NCBI GenBank assembly: GCA_964406445.1 | Contig: CAYORU010000003.1 | Coordinates: 107,293-171,292, forward strand | Length of the DNA stretch: 64,000 nucleotides | Direction: 5' to 3' | Source of the DNA: an uncultured Steroidobacteraceae bacterium | Lineage (GTDB): Bacteria; Pseudomonadota; Gammaproteobacteria; Steroidobacterales; Steroidobacteraceae | In this document: positions 8,573 to 17,290 of the stretch, piece after piece | How positions within the stretch are numbered: position 1 is the first letter of the stretch | How the letters are laid out: each line of letters begins with the position of its first letter | Program-made: the position numbers and the translations under genes | Notes under the pieces: generated by a model | What the model saw: only the letters and a program-made list of their open reading frames with translations | Database searches by the model: none | What the model was told of the DNA's origin: nothing

Positions 8573-8904
8573 CGATGCGGCAGTTGCGGCTGGGGAACCG
8601 TCTGCGGCTCGGCGGGTCCACAGCCCGGTTCGAGCTCGAGGCCGGGAAATCGTCGCGCCCATTCGGCCGGGGTCAGCGTCTGCCAACCGGCGAAGGGGCA
8701 CCCCGCCGCAGGGTCGCTCGAGGTGCCGGCCCCGGAGCGCGCATCGTCCACGGCGATCAGGCGCCCGGCCGGCTCGGGCGCCGTGGGCGCCTCGCGGCCG
8801 GCGACCCGCGCTTCCGGCAGGTGGAGCGCCACGAGCAGCACGGCCGCGGCCGCCGCGATCACGGCCTGTTCCGGACGCAATCCCTGCCACTGGACCTTGG
8901 GCAT
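8569..8904 (-). CDS. Small membrane-anchored hypothetical protein
   Basis: MPKVQWQGLRPEQAVIAAAAAVLLVALHL (single TM), then a Pro/Ala-rich segment and a CPFAGW...C motif. GC3 is very high in this frame. Its 3' end overlaps the convergent 7250..8572 gene by 4 nt. Confidence 0.4.
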   Translation of the reverse strand: MPKVQWQGLRPEQAVIAAAAAVLLVALHLPEARVAGREAPTAPEPAGRLIAVDDARSGAGTSSDPAAGCPFAGWQTLTPAEWARRFPGLELEPGCGPAEPQTVPQPQLPHR

Positions 8905-9107
8905 GCTCGAAGCGACCTCGCCGGATGGCTGCCTTCCGCCGGACATTGTCGCGGCGGCGGCCTTGGCAAATCCCTAGCGGACGGCGCCGGGGCAAGGTCG
9001 CAGGAACTTGCGACCAGCCGGCCGAGTCGAGCGACGAACGCCGGTTTTCCGTCACGTTCGCCGTGCTAGATTCGCGCCCCGCAACGAACGGTCATTCGAC
9101 GAGTCCC

Positions 9108-10004
9108 ATGCGCCCTGCCCCGTCCCTGTCCCTGATCCTGTGCCTCGCCGGCGGCCTCGCCGCCACCCCGGCCGCTTCGAGCGAGCGCCTGGGGCCCGCG
9201 ACCGAACTCCGGCTGGCGTCCATCGCGTCCGGGCACGACCCGCAGCTGACGCTCCTGCGACCCGCCGCCGCCCACAGCTGCAGCGACCCGCGACGCCGCC
9301 CGTCGCCCGCGGCCTGCGTCCAGCTGCAGGACGACGATTCGGCCGCCGAGCCGACGGCCGGCCGCTCCCTGGGCGTCGTCTATACGCAGCGCTTCCTGCC
9401 CGGTTTCTCCGTCACGGTCGACCGCGCGCCGTCCGTCTTGAGCGGCTTCGTCGCTGGCCTGGGGCGGTCCCTGGCCGCGGGGAGGAACTGCTTCTCGGGC
9501 GCCTGTCCGCTCGGTCCGGGGACGATGCTCGACACCAGCGCCGCGGCGACGGGCGATGGGCTGCGCGCCGCGCCGGAGCAGGACGTGTTCGCGACCTCGG
9601 TCGGAGTGGCCGCCCTGTCCGCCGGCTATGCGTTCGATCTCGCCGCAGGCGGCCAGCCGGTCGTCCTCGAGGCGCGAGCCGGGCAGTTGCTCGATGCGGC
9701 CGCAACCGCGCCGGCGGACCTCGCGACGGACGACCTCGGCGCATCGCTGCGTGGCGAGCGCGTCGCGCTCGCCCTGCGGCGCGGTCCGCTGGAGTTCTCG
9801 ATGACGCGGGACCGGCTGCGGTTCCTGGCCGCCGCAGGCGTCGGCAGCGAATCTCTGGTGGCGACCCGCCAGGAACTGCGCGTGTCGTGGCGCCAGGACC
9901 GGCTGCAGCTCGACCTGCTTCTCGCCGATACGGCCTATCGCGACGCCTCCGGTCCGCAGGCCACGGCGACGGTGGGCCTGCAGTTCCGGCTCGGCTTGCC
10001 CTGA
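9108..10004 (+). CDS. Secreted hypothetical protein (possibly beta-rich or outer-membrane)
   Basis: Signal peptide MRPAPSLSLILCLAGGLAATPAASS. GC3 is high. Alternating-polarity C-terminal segments (ELRVSWRQDRLQLDLLLAD...ATVGLQFRLGLP). No family recognised. Confidence 0.45.
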   Translation: MRPAPSLSLILCLAGGLAATPAASSERLGPATELRLASIASGHDPQLTLLRPAAAHSCSDPRRRPSPAACVQLQDDDSAAEPTAGRSLGVVYTQRFLPGFSVTVDRAPSVLSGFVAGLGRSLAAGRNCFSGACPLGPGTMLDTSAAATGDGLRAAPEQDVFATSVGVAALSAGYAFDLAAGGQPVVLEARAGQLLDAAATAPADLATDDLGASLRGERVALALRRGPLEFSMTRDRLRFLAAAGVGSESLVATRQELRVSWRQDRLQLDLLLADTAYRDASGPQATATVGLQFRLGLP

Positions 10005-10070
10005 GCCTCGCGCCCGGATTGCGGTCGTACCGGGGCCATCATCGGGCGTGGCCGCAGCCAGGAGATTGCC

Positions 10071-10739
10071 GTGCGGGTGCTGTTGATCGAGGATGACCTG
10101 CAGCTCGGCGCCGCGCTGACGCGCGCCCTCGAGCAGGAGCAGCTGAAGCCGACCTGGGTGCGCCGACTGCGCGATGGCCGCGACCAGCTCGACCTCGAGA
10201 CCCCGCCCTCCGCGGTGGTGCTCGACCTGTCGCTGCCCGATGGCGACGGACTCGAGCTGCTGCGCGAGTTGAGGGCACGGCAGGATCCTGTGCCGCTGTT
10301 GATCATCACGGCCCGGGACGGCCTCGCCGAGCGCGTCGACGCCCTCGAAGGGGGCGCGGACGACTTCATCGTCAAGCCGTTCGCCGTGTCCGAGCTGGTC
10401 GCGCGGCTGCGCGCCGTCATCCGCCGGGCGGCCGGACAGCCGGACTCGACCTGGCGGATCGGCGATCTCACCATCGATTCGCTTCGCCACCGCGTCTCGG
10501 TCGGCGGGACGCCGGTCGCGCTGCGCCCTGCCGAGTACAGGCTGCTCGTGGCGCTCGCGCAGGAGAGCCCGGCGGTCGTCACGCGGACTCGGCTGATCGA
10601 CCGGCTGTGGCGTCGCGGCGCGGAAGTGTCCGACGCCGCCCTGGAGTTCCATGTGCACGGGCTGAGGCGGAAACTGGGCGGCGAGCGCATTCGCACCGTC
10701 CGCGGAGTGGGCTACGCGCTCGACAGCGGAACGGCCTGA
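10071..10739 (+). CDS. OmpR/PhoB-family response regulator
   Basis: MRVLLIEDD...VVLDLSLPDGDGLELLRELR (receiver domain) and TRTRLIDRLW...VHGLRRKLG...IRTVRGVGYAL (winged helix). AGGAGA SD before the GTG start. Confidence 0.9.
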   Translation: MRVLLIEDDLQLGAALTRALEQEQLKPTWVRRLRDGRDQLDLETPPSAVVLDLSLPDGDGLELLRELRARQDPVPLLIITARDGLAERVDALEGGADDFIVKPFAVSELVARLRAVIRRAAGQPDSTWRIGDLTIDSLRHRVSVGGTPVALRPAEYRLLVALAQESPAVVTRTRLIDRLWRRGAEVSDAALEFHVHGLRRKLGGERIRTVRGVGYALDSGTA

Positions 10740-12112
10740 TGCGCCGCCCCTCCCTGCTCGGCCGCCAGCTGCGAATCCAGCTTGGGCTGCTCGCGCTCGC
10801 CTGGCTGGTCCTCGGCGCCGTGACTCTCGGCGGGATCTTCGCGGCCGGCAGCGGGCTGCTCGACCGGGACATCCGGACGACCTCCGAGGCGCTCGCGCGC
10901 TTCGCCAGCGTCTCGCCGACGCCAGGCGAGGCAGGCTCGGTGATCGAGCACCTCGCAGCCATGGTGGCCCGCACCAGCCACCCACCGCCGCGCCTGAACG
11001 AAGTGGCCTTCCGCGTCTGGGACCAGAGCGGAGCGCTGCTCGCACGCAGCGACGACCCGCTGCCTGACCTGTCCTGGCGAACTGCGCAGGAGCCCATGGA
11101 CGTCGCCGAGGGCTGGCGCATCGGCGGCGCCTCGAGCCCCGACGGTCGCGTCCACGCCGTGATCGGTTTCTCGGCAGGCTACCTCGAGCGGCTGCGCGGG
11201 CAATCCATCCGCAACCTGCTGCTGCCCTTCGCCGCGCTGTCGCTGTTCCTGGCCGCGGGCTCATGGATCGCGGCGCGCTCCGGGCTGGCGCCGCTGCGGC
11301 GGCTCGCGCAGCAGATCGACCAGCGCGCGCCTGGCGACCTGCGCCCCGTCGACGCCTCGGCGCCCTATGCAGAGATCGAGCCGATCATGCGCGCCCTCAA
11401 CGACCAGCTGCAGGCGACCGCGAGACGCCTGGAGACCGAGCGGCGCTTCTTCGCGGAGGCGGCGCACGAGCTGCGCACGCCGCTGGCCGTGCTGAGCGCG
11501 CAGGCGCACGTCGTCGCCAACGAGTCGAGCGAGCGTGGCCGCCGCGAGGCGCTGGCGGCGCTCGAGGCGGGCATCGAGCGCTCCGGTCGCGTCGTCGGCC
11601 GGCTTCTGACGCTCGCCAGGCTCGATGCGCCGCCCCCGCCGGACACCTTCGCCCCGCTCGACGCCGGCGGGCTGGCGGAGGAAATCGCCAGCGCGCTCTC
11701 GGCACGGGCCGCGGCGAGCGGCCATGCGCTCGAGCTCGCGGCCTCGGACCCCGTGATCCTCGAAGGCTCCGAGGAGGCGCTGCGCGCCGCGCTCGAGAAT
11801 CTGGTCGACAATGCGCTGCGCTACACCCCGCCAGGGACGACCATCAAGCTGTCCGTGCGCCGCCTCGGCGACGAGTGCGTGATCGAGGTGGCGGACGACG
11901 GGCCGGGGATCGCGCCGGCGCTGCACGACCGCGTCTTCGGACGCTTCGAGCGGCTCGGGCGCCAGGGCGGAGACGGGACCGGCCTCGGCCTCGCGATCGT
12001 GCGCCGGGTCGCCGAGATCCACGGCGGACAGGCGGAGTTCCGGCCCGGCCCGGACGGCCGGGGCTGCCTGTTCCGGCTGCGCCTGCCCATCGGGGGGCGA
12101 CCCGCGCCGTGA
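10739..12112 (+). CDS. Sensor histidine kinase (QseC/BasS-like)
   Basis: Two TM segments. H-box AAHELRTPLAVL, N-box LVDNALRYTP, G-boxes DDGPGI and GTGLGLAIV. The ATG overlaps the RR stop (TGATG). Confidence 0.9.
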   Translation: MRRPSLLGRQLRIQLGLLALAWLVLGAVTLGGIFAAGSGLLDRDIRTTSEALARFASVSPTPGEAGSVIEHLAAMVARTSHPPPRLNEVAFRVWDQSGALLARSDDPLPDLSWRTAQEPMDVAEGWRIGGASSPDGRVHAVIGFSAGYLERLRGQSIRNLLLPFAALSLFLAAGSWIAARSGLAPLRRLAQQIDQRAPGDLRPVDASAPYAEIEPIMRALNDQLQATARRLETERRFFAEAAHELRTPLAVLSAQAHVVANESSERGRREALAALEAGIERSGRVVGRLLTLARLDAPPPPDTFAPLDAGGLAEEIASALSARAAASGHALELAASDPVILEGSEEALRAALENLVDNALRYTPPGTTIKLSVRRLGDECVIEVADDGPGIAPALHDRVFGRFERLGRQGGDGTGLGLAIVRRVAEIHGGQAEFRPGPDGRGCLFRLRLPIGGRPAP

Positions 12113-12133
12113 ATGGGCGGGGCCTTCCGCCGC

Positions 12134-12580
12134 TCAGGGCAAGTACAGGCGCTCCGGGAGCCGGGAGCGGATGTCGCCCGGCGAGGCCATCGCCAGGTCC
12201 TTGTCCACGGTGTCGGTCAGGCTGCGGGTGACGTTCGGTCCGATCCGCTCCCGCAGCAGCCCCAGGAACCGCGGCGCCGCGACGATCGCGAGCCGGTCGA
12301 ACTCGTGCGTAGAGTGCGCACGGCGCAGCCTGCTTGCGATCTGGTCCGCGAAACGGGCCGCCTCTTCTTCATGCGGCCCGACCTCGCGCTGCATCGCGTG
12401 CCGGCCGGGACCGTGGCGGTCGAAGGCGCGTCCCGGGCGGTCACTGACCAGGTCCTGGTCGCGCACGCGTCCCGCGCTGTGAGACAGGCACTCCAGCTCG
12501 ACGAGCGGCCCGGTCGGCGTCTTGGCCGAGAGGATCCGGGCGACGCTCGCGTTGGCGACGACGACCCACATCTGTGGCAT
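12134..12580 (-). CDS. Host-attachment protein family (Pfam Host_attach-like) protein
   Basis: MPQMWVVVANASVARILS...GRAFDRHGPGRHAM...EEEAARFADQIA...LAIVAAPRFLGLLRE...DKDL matches the family pattern as I recall it. GGAGG SD upstream of the ATG at 12580. Confidence 0.7.
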   Translation of the reverse strand: MPQMWVVVANASVARILSAKTPTGPLVELECLSHSAGRVRDQDLVSDRPGRAFDRHGPGRHAMQREVGPHEEEAARFADQIASRLRRAHSTHEFDRLAIVAAPRFLGLLRERIGPNVTRSLTDTVDKDLAMASPGDIRSRLPERLYLP

Positions 12581-12668
12581 GGCCAACCTCCTTGTTCGCG
12601 AAGACCGCACCGTGCCCGCGGGGCGCCGGCGCAACTCCCACACTGCGAGGTTACGCCGCAAGGGCCCG

Positions 12669-13337
12669 TCAGGAAACCTGTTCTTTCCGCAGGTACTCGC
12701 CGGCCAGCGCCTCCAGGTGGGCGCGGCCCTGGGGCAGCAGGAACGGGGCGAACAGCATGAGCACCTGGTAGATCCCGCGCGCGATCGAGGACGCCGAGGA
12801 CAGCCGCGGGTAGCGCACCGTGTCGTAGGAGAGCCAGTACAGCGTCATGACGGCGACGTTCTCGGCGAGCGCCTCCAGCTCGGCCGGCGTCGCGACGAGC
12901 GCCCCGCTCTCGGACAGCCCGAGCGCGATGCCCCGGGAGGCCTCGACGGAGCGGCCGAAGACCGCGGTCAGGCGATGCCCGGCGCGGCGGTCGCGGCCCA
13001 TGATCCCCGACAGGTCGCGGAACAGGAACCGGTAGCGCCAGATGGCCTCGAAGATGACGTGCAGCAGGAACCACGCCTCCTCCACGTCGCCGGCCCGCCA
13101 CTGCTCGGGCGGCAGCAGCTGGTCGAGCTCGTCCACGAACCGGTCGAGCAGCGCGCCGGTCAGCTGATCCTTCTTGCGGAAGTGATAGTGCAGGTTGCCG
13201 GCGCTGATGCCGACTTCGCTGGCGATCAGGGTCGTGGAGACGTTCGGCTCGCCGAGCTCGTTGTAGAGCCCCAGCGTCGCCTCCAGGATGCGCTCGCGGG
13301 TGCGGCGCGCGGGACGCGTTCCCTTGGCTGCGGGCAT
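12669..13337 (-). CDS. TetR/AcrR family transcriptional regulator
   Basis: The N-terminal HTH RERILEATLGLYNELGEPNVSTTLIASEVGISAGNLHYHFRKKDQL is a canonical TetR_N. Confidence 0.9.
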   Translation of the reverse strand: MPAAKGTRPARRTRERILEATLGLYNELGEPNVSTTLIASEVGISAGNLHYHFRKKDQLTGALLDRFVDELDQLLPPEQWRAGDVEEAWFLLHVIFEAIWRYRFLFRDLSGIMGRDRRAGHRLTAVFGRSVEASRGIALGLSESGALVATPAELEALAENVAVMTLYWLSYDTVRYPRLSSASSIARGIYQVLMLFAPFLLPQGRAHLEALAGEYLRKEQVS

Positions 13338-13349
13338 GAAAAAAGCGCC

Positions 13350-13378
13350 GGTGTACGTCGGTGACCCGATCGTACACC
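13350..13378 (-). promoter_or_regulatory. Inverted repeat GGTGTACGTCG-(6)-CGA-T-CGTACACC 13-41 nt upstream of the tetR ATG (candidate TetR operator and/or phasin terminator)
   Basis: Read directly. On the minus strand the hairpin is followed by GGCGC-TTTTTT-C-ATG(tetR). No SD is visible for tetR. Confidence 0.4.
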
Positions 13379-13416
13379 AGCGCCGAGGGGGGATCAGTCA
13401 GGGACCGTGCCTGTCC

Positions 13417-13845
13417 TCAGGCGGCGCGACGCGCGCTGCGCTTGGCCGGGGCCTTGCGCCTGGCGCGCGCGGCGGTCTTGGCCTCGACCTTCTTCGACAG
13501 CTGTGTGACGCGGCGCGACAGCCGGTCGACCTCGTCCGCCGTCGGCAGGCCGATCTCGTGAATGACCTTGTTGACGCGCTTCTGGAAGGCCTTCTCGACC
13601 GTCTGCACGCGGTCGGTGGCGGCATCGGCGACGTTCTCGACCACGCCCTCGGCGGTCGAACGCGACTTGCGCGTGAACTTCTCGCCTTCCTTCACGACCA
13701 CGCCGAAGACCTTGCCGATCTCGTCCCGCGTGGTGTTCCAGGCCACCATGTTGGCCTTGTAGATGACCTGCGCCGAGCGACGGGTCGCCTTGCCGACCTC
13801 GCTCGTCTTCAGGCCGTTGATGAACGTGTTGACGTTCTCGATCAT
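13417..13845 (-). CDS. PhaF/PhaI-type phasin (PHA granule-associated protein) with a basic Ala/Lys/Arg tail
   Basis: VVKEGEKFTRK and IGLPTADEVDRLSRRVTQLSKKVE resemble the Pseudomonas PhaF core (LVKDGEKAEKQ, LGVPSRNEIKALHQQVDSLTKQIE). The C-terminal tail is TAARARRKAPAKRSARRAA. The start is set at the internal ATG preceded by GAGGAG (aa 10 of the track ORF). Confidence 0.75.
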   Translation of the reverse strand: MIENVNTFINGLKTSEVGKATRRSAQVIYKANMVAWNTTRDEIGKVFGVVVKEGEKFTRKSRSTAEGVVENVADAATDRVQTVEKAFQKRVNKVIHEIGLPTADEVDRLSRRVTQLSKKVEAKTAARARRKAPAKRSARRAA

Positions 13846-13943
13846 GTTCGTCTCCTCGACGTTCCCTGCCATCCGGGCCGGCGCACCGCGCCGGGCTTCA
13901 AACCGATGGAGGCAGTGTCTTCGGAAACGCTAGGGAGTGCACC

Positions 13944-15239
13944 CTAGTAAGCCGTCGTGGCCGGCGCGCGCTCACGGCGCTCGAAGCCGCGGCCCAGCGC
14001 CACGCCGACGGCCACCAGCCCGGCCATCAGCGCCGCGCTCAGGCCGGCGAACGCGGCGAGGCTGGTTCCCGCCGCGTTCAGCGCGCCGTGCAGCCAGCTC
14101 GCGCCCATGTCGCCGCCGCGCTGCACGACCGTGTCGATGACGTTCTTCGCCTTGTACTTGGTTTCCGGATCCACGGCCGTGAAGAGGATCTCGCGCGCCG
14201 GCTTGCCGATGCCGAACTCCCCTGCCCTGCGCAGCACCTGCGAAACCGCGAGCGTCAGCAGCACCGGCGCGAAGGCAAGCCAGACGAAACTCAGCAGCGC
14301 GACGATCGGCATCGTGACGAGACCGCCGACGACGCCCAGGCGGCCGATCAGCCGGGTCGCGACGAACCCCTGCAGCACGAGCGCGACGACGTTGACGGCC
14401 AGGTCGAGCGTCGCGAAGAAGCTGGTCCGCGCGGCGGCGTCCCCGTACCGCGCCGCGGCCAGTTCGAGCAGCTCGAGGTACATGAAGGTGCCCGCGGTCG
14501 AGCCGACCACGATGATCGCGGCGATGCCGAGCAGGTACGGCGAGCGCGCCAGCAGGCGGATGCCCGCGAGGGCGGCGCCGCCGATCGGGATCGCCCCCGC
14601 AGCGGCGGAATCCGGCGCCTCCCCGTGACGCCGGACCGTCCAGCGCCCTAGCGCGAGGATGCACGGGACCGTGCCGAGGAGCAGCAGCGTGGCGAGGGCC
14701 AGCAGGCCGGCGACGCCGGTCGTGCCGGCCAGGAACTGTGTCACCACGGGACCCAGGATCGCGCCCGCGCTGCCGCCGGCCGCGATCGGCCCGAACAGGC
14801 GCTTCGCCTCCTCGCCCCTGAAGACGTCCGCCATGAAGCTCCAGAAGACCGACACGACGAAGAAGTTGAACACCGACAGCCACACGAAGAACGCGCTCGC
14901 GGTCGCCGCCGACGCGGGATCGGCCTGGAAGGCGACCGCGAAGCCGAGCAGGTTCAGCGCGAAGAAGCCGTTGATGACCGGCAGCAACCGGCGCTTTCGA
15001 ACCCGTGACACGAGGGCGCCGAACAGGGGGGTGAGGGCCAGCATCACGAGGAACGTCGTGGTGAAGAGCCACGGCATCCGGCCCACGCCCGCGCTCGCCC
15101 CCATCGCGTCGCGCACCGGGCGCAGCAGGTAGTAGCTGCACAGCAGCAGGAAGAAGTAGCCGAAGGCGAGCAGGACGGCCCGTTCCTCGCCCTCGCGGGC
15201 GCCGAACAGCGCGCGTAGCCCGGCACCGGCCCGGCCCAC
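13944..15239 (-). CDS. MFS-fold transporter of the ATP:ADP antiporter (TLC/Npt)-like family
   Basis: N-terminus AVLLAFGYFFLLLCSYYLLRPVRDAMG and FWSFMADVF...AKRLFG..AAGGS.GAI are characteristic of TLC-like or 'NTP/NDP exchange' MFS proteins. About 11-12 TM segments. Confidence 0.7.
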   Translation of the reverse strand: MGRAGAGLRALFGAREGEERAVLLAFGYFFLLLCSYYLLRPVRDAMGASAGVGRMPWLFTTTFLVMLALTPLFGALVSRVRKRRLLPVINGFFALNLLGFAVAFQADPASAATASAFFVWLSVFNFFVVSVFWSFMADVFRGEEAKRLFGPIAAGGSAGAILGPVVTQFLAGTTGVAGLLALATLLLLGTVPCILALGRWTVRRHGEAPDSAAAGAIPIGGAALAGIRLLARSPYLLGIAAIIVVGSTAGTFMYLELLELAAARYGDAAARTSFFATLDLAVNVVALVLQGFVATRLIGRLGVVGGLVTMPIVALLSFVWLAFAPVLLTLAVSQVLRRAGEFGIGKPAREILFTAVDPETKYKAKNVIDTVVQRGGDMGASWLHGALNAAGTSLAAFAGLSAALMAGLVAVGVALGRGFERRERAPATTAY

Positions 15240-16133
15240 TCAGTCCGCCCTGGCGACGCCGGCGAGATGCGGCCGCTGGCCTTGCGCGTCCTTGAGGACG
15301 AAAGTCCAGCCGCCGCCCTCCCGCCAATGCTGGAGCCGGGGAGTCGTGCCCAGGAACAGCGGCAGCTTGAACTCGACGTCGATGCGGCAGGGCGGACCGA
15401 GCCCCGGACCGAGCGCGGCGAGCGAACGCGCCATCGACCACATGCCGTGGGCCACGGCACGCTCGAACCCGAAACGTCGCGCACCCCAGTCGGCCAGATG
15501 GATCGGGTTCAGGTCCGCCGACACCCAACCGTATCGCCGGCCCACTTCGCGACCGGCTTCGATCGGCACTTCCGCCACGATCGCGCCCGCGCCCGGTCGC
15601 GGCTGGCGCAGCGCCTCCCGGGCGCTGCGCGCCGCGGACGCGCCGCCTGTGCGCCGGCGCGCGAGCAGCGTGCTCGACTCGCGCCAGGCCACGCCGTCGC
15701 CGTCCTCGCACTCGGTCCACAGGTCGAACTCCTGGCCGCGGTCGCCGTCACGGTGTCCCTCGACCCAGGCGCGGATCCGCAGGGGTCGCTCGGGCCGAAG
15801 CGGTCGCAACCACTCGATCGTGTTGGCGATGTGCACGAGACCCATGAGCCGCACCACGAAGGCCTCGTCCGTCAGGAGCGCCATGTGCAGCGGCATGGCG
15901 AGCACGTGGGGGTAGGTCAACGGCAGCCGGGCGTCCGCGGGGAACCCGCAGACCTCGCGATAGCGGCGCAGGTGGCCCACGGAGGGACTGACGACCTCGA
16001 TCTCGCCCTCGAGGCGGGGAACGGTCGCGCCGGCCGGAACGTTCGCGGCCCGCCGGGCCAGCACGGCGCGGGGGTAGAACCGCAGCGCCGCCGGAGGGCG
16101 CGCGAAACGCAGGCTGACCGCGGGTCGGCTCAT
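15240..16133 (-). CDS. MaoC-like (double hot-dog) dehydratase / enoyl-CoA hydratase family protein
   Basis: YGWVSADLNPIHLADWGARRFGFERAVAHGMW is the MaoC dehydratase motif. The stop abuts the downstream transporter start with a 0-nt gap. Confidence 0.8.
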   Translation of the reverse strand: MSRPAVSLRFARPPAALRFYPRAVLARRAANVPAGATVPRLEGEIEVVSPSVGHLRRYREVCGFPADARLPLTYPHVLAMPLHMALLTDEAFVVRLMGLVHIANTIEWLRPLRPERPLRIRAWVEGHRDGDRGQEFDLWTECEDGDGVAWRESSTLLARRRTGGASAARSAREALRQPRPGAGAIVAEVPIEAGREVGRRYGWVSADLNPIHLADWGARRFGFERAVAHGMWSMARSLAALGPGLGPPCRIDVEFKLPLFLGTTPRLQHWREGGGWTFVLKDAQGQRPHLAGVARAD

Positions 16134-16186
16134 CGGTCGGGTCCGAGGGCTTCACGCCCCCGCCGGTTCAACCCCCGGCGCGCGCC

Positions 16187-17290
16187 TCACTCGGCGACGC
16201 GGTCGATGGTGACGGTGATCGGGCCCTTCGACGCGGGATCATAGCGAACCTGGCCGTAGAGGTCGCCCTTGGACTGGACCGGGCGCCCCGTGAGAGACAC
16301 GCGCGCCACGAGCAGCAGGTCGTCCACCTGGCCGAGCGACGTGCCTTCGATCATGGCGTTGGCGTCGCTGAGCGTCATGGACAGCGGCAGTTCCGAGCTC
16401 GTGCGACGCACCGCGGCAAGCGGCGGTCCGCCCGCGTCGCTGCGCGCGAGAACGAACAGGGGCGCTCCGGCCGGCACGCGCCCGGCCAGCTCCGGCGCCA
16501 CGACGATCCTGAGCGGTATCGCGCCGCCGTCGCCCGCCGGCGCAGCCTCGGCGTCAGGTCGCCGCGCGGTGGGCTCGGGCTCGGCCGCGACCGCGGCCAC
16601 GGTCGCCGACGCAGCAGGCGCGGGGCCGAGCGCAGCGTCGATCTCGGCGATGCGCGCGTCGACCACCTGCAGCAGCTCCGGCGGCGGCGACAGGTCCTTG
16701 AGCAGGCTCCAGCGCTCCCGGGCGCTGGCGAGCTCCAGTCTCTGGTACGACGTGAGGCCCGCGTACCAGAGCGCCTTCGGGTTGTCCGGCGCCATCGCCA
16801 GCGCGCGCTCGAAGATCGCGCCGGCCTCGCCCAGGAACTGGGACTCGTCGGTGAGGACCCGAGCCTCGGCCACGCCGAGCAGCGCCTCGACGTCTTCGGG
16901 CGCGATCGCCACCGCCCGGCCGTAGGCCTCGGCGGCCTTGGGATAGTTGCCCATGACGACGTAGGTGCGGCCCAGCAGCTTCCACCCTTCCGGGTCGCCC
17001 GGCTGGGCGAGCATCCGCTGCTCGAGCTGCCCGGCCATGCTCTCGAGCGAGGCGGCGCCCGCGTCGTGCGGCCCGCTCGCGGCGGTGACGGTCTCGTCCC
17101 ACGGCCAGTCGCTCAGCGTGAAGTAGAGCCCGAAGCCGGCCAGAGGGACCCAGACCGCGAGCGCGGCGGCGAGTGGTCGCGACGCCCGCGCCGGGCCCTC
17201 CACCGAGGCCGCCGGCCGCAGCAGCGGCCAGACCAGCAGGGCGGCGATGGCGGCGGCGAGAAGGAATGCGAGGATGGCGAAGAGTGTCAC
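16187..17290 (-). CDS. ccmI: c-type cytochrome biogenesis protein CcmI (TPR)
   Basis: N-terminal TM MTLFAILAFLLAAAIAALLVWPLL, TPR-like repeats, and its position at the end of the ccm operon. Confidence 0.85.
   Translation of the reverse strand: MTLFAILAFLLAAAIAALLVWPLLRPAASVEGPARASRPLAAALAVWVPLAGFGLYFTLSDWPWDETVTAASGPHDAGAASLESMAGQLEQRMLAQPGDPEGWKLLGRTYVVMGNYPKAAEAYGRAVAIAPEDVEALLGVAEARVLTDESQFLGEAGAIFERALAMAPDNPKALWYAGLTSYQRLELASARERWSLLKDLSPPPELLQVVDARIAEIDAALGPAPAASATVAAVAAEPEPTARRPDAEAAPAGDGGAIPLRIVVAPELAGRVPAGAPLFVLARSDAGGPPLAAVRRTSSELPLSMTLSDANAMIEGTSLGQVDDLLLVARVSLTGRPVQSKGDLYGQVRYDPASKGPITVTIDRVAE

Noticed and set aside
9066-11264. 732-aa minus-strand ORF
   Set aside because: It is antisense to the secreted protein, response regulator and kinase genes. 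Its composition is Arg/Gly/Ala-rich and no motifs are present.
13972-15720. 582-aa minus-strand ORF in an alternative frame, plus similar ORFs (for example 24498..26357, 35893..38142, 39208..41412, 60502..62259)
   Set aside because: These are out-of-frame shadows of recognised genes (transporter/MaoC, uvrC, hrpA, the kinase, fadH/SGNH). Where the C-terminal portion is real (pgsA in 24498..26357), only that part was kept.
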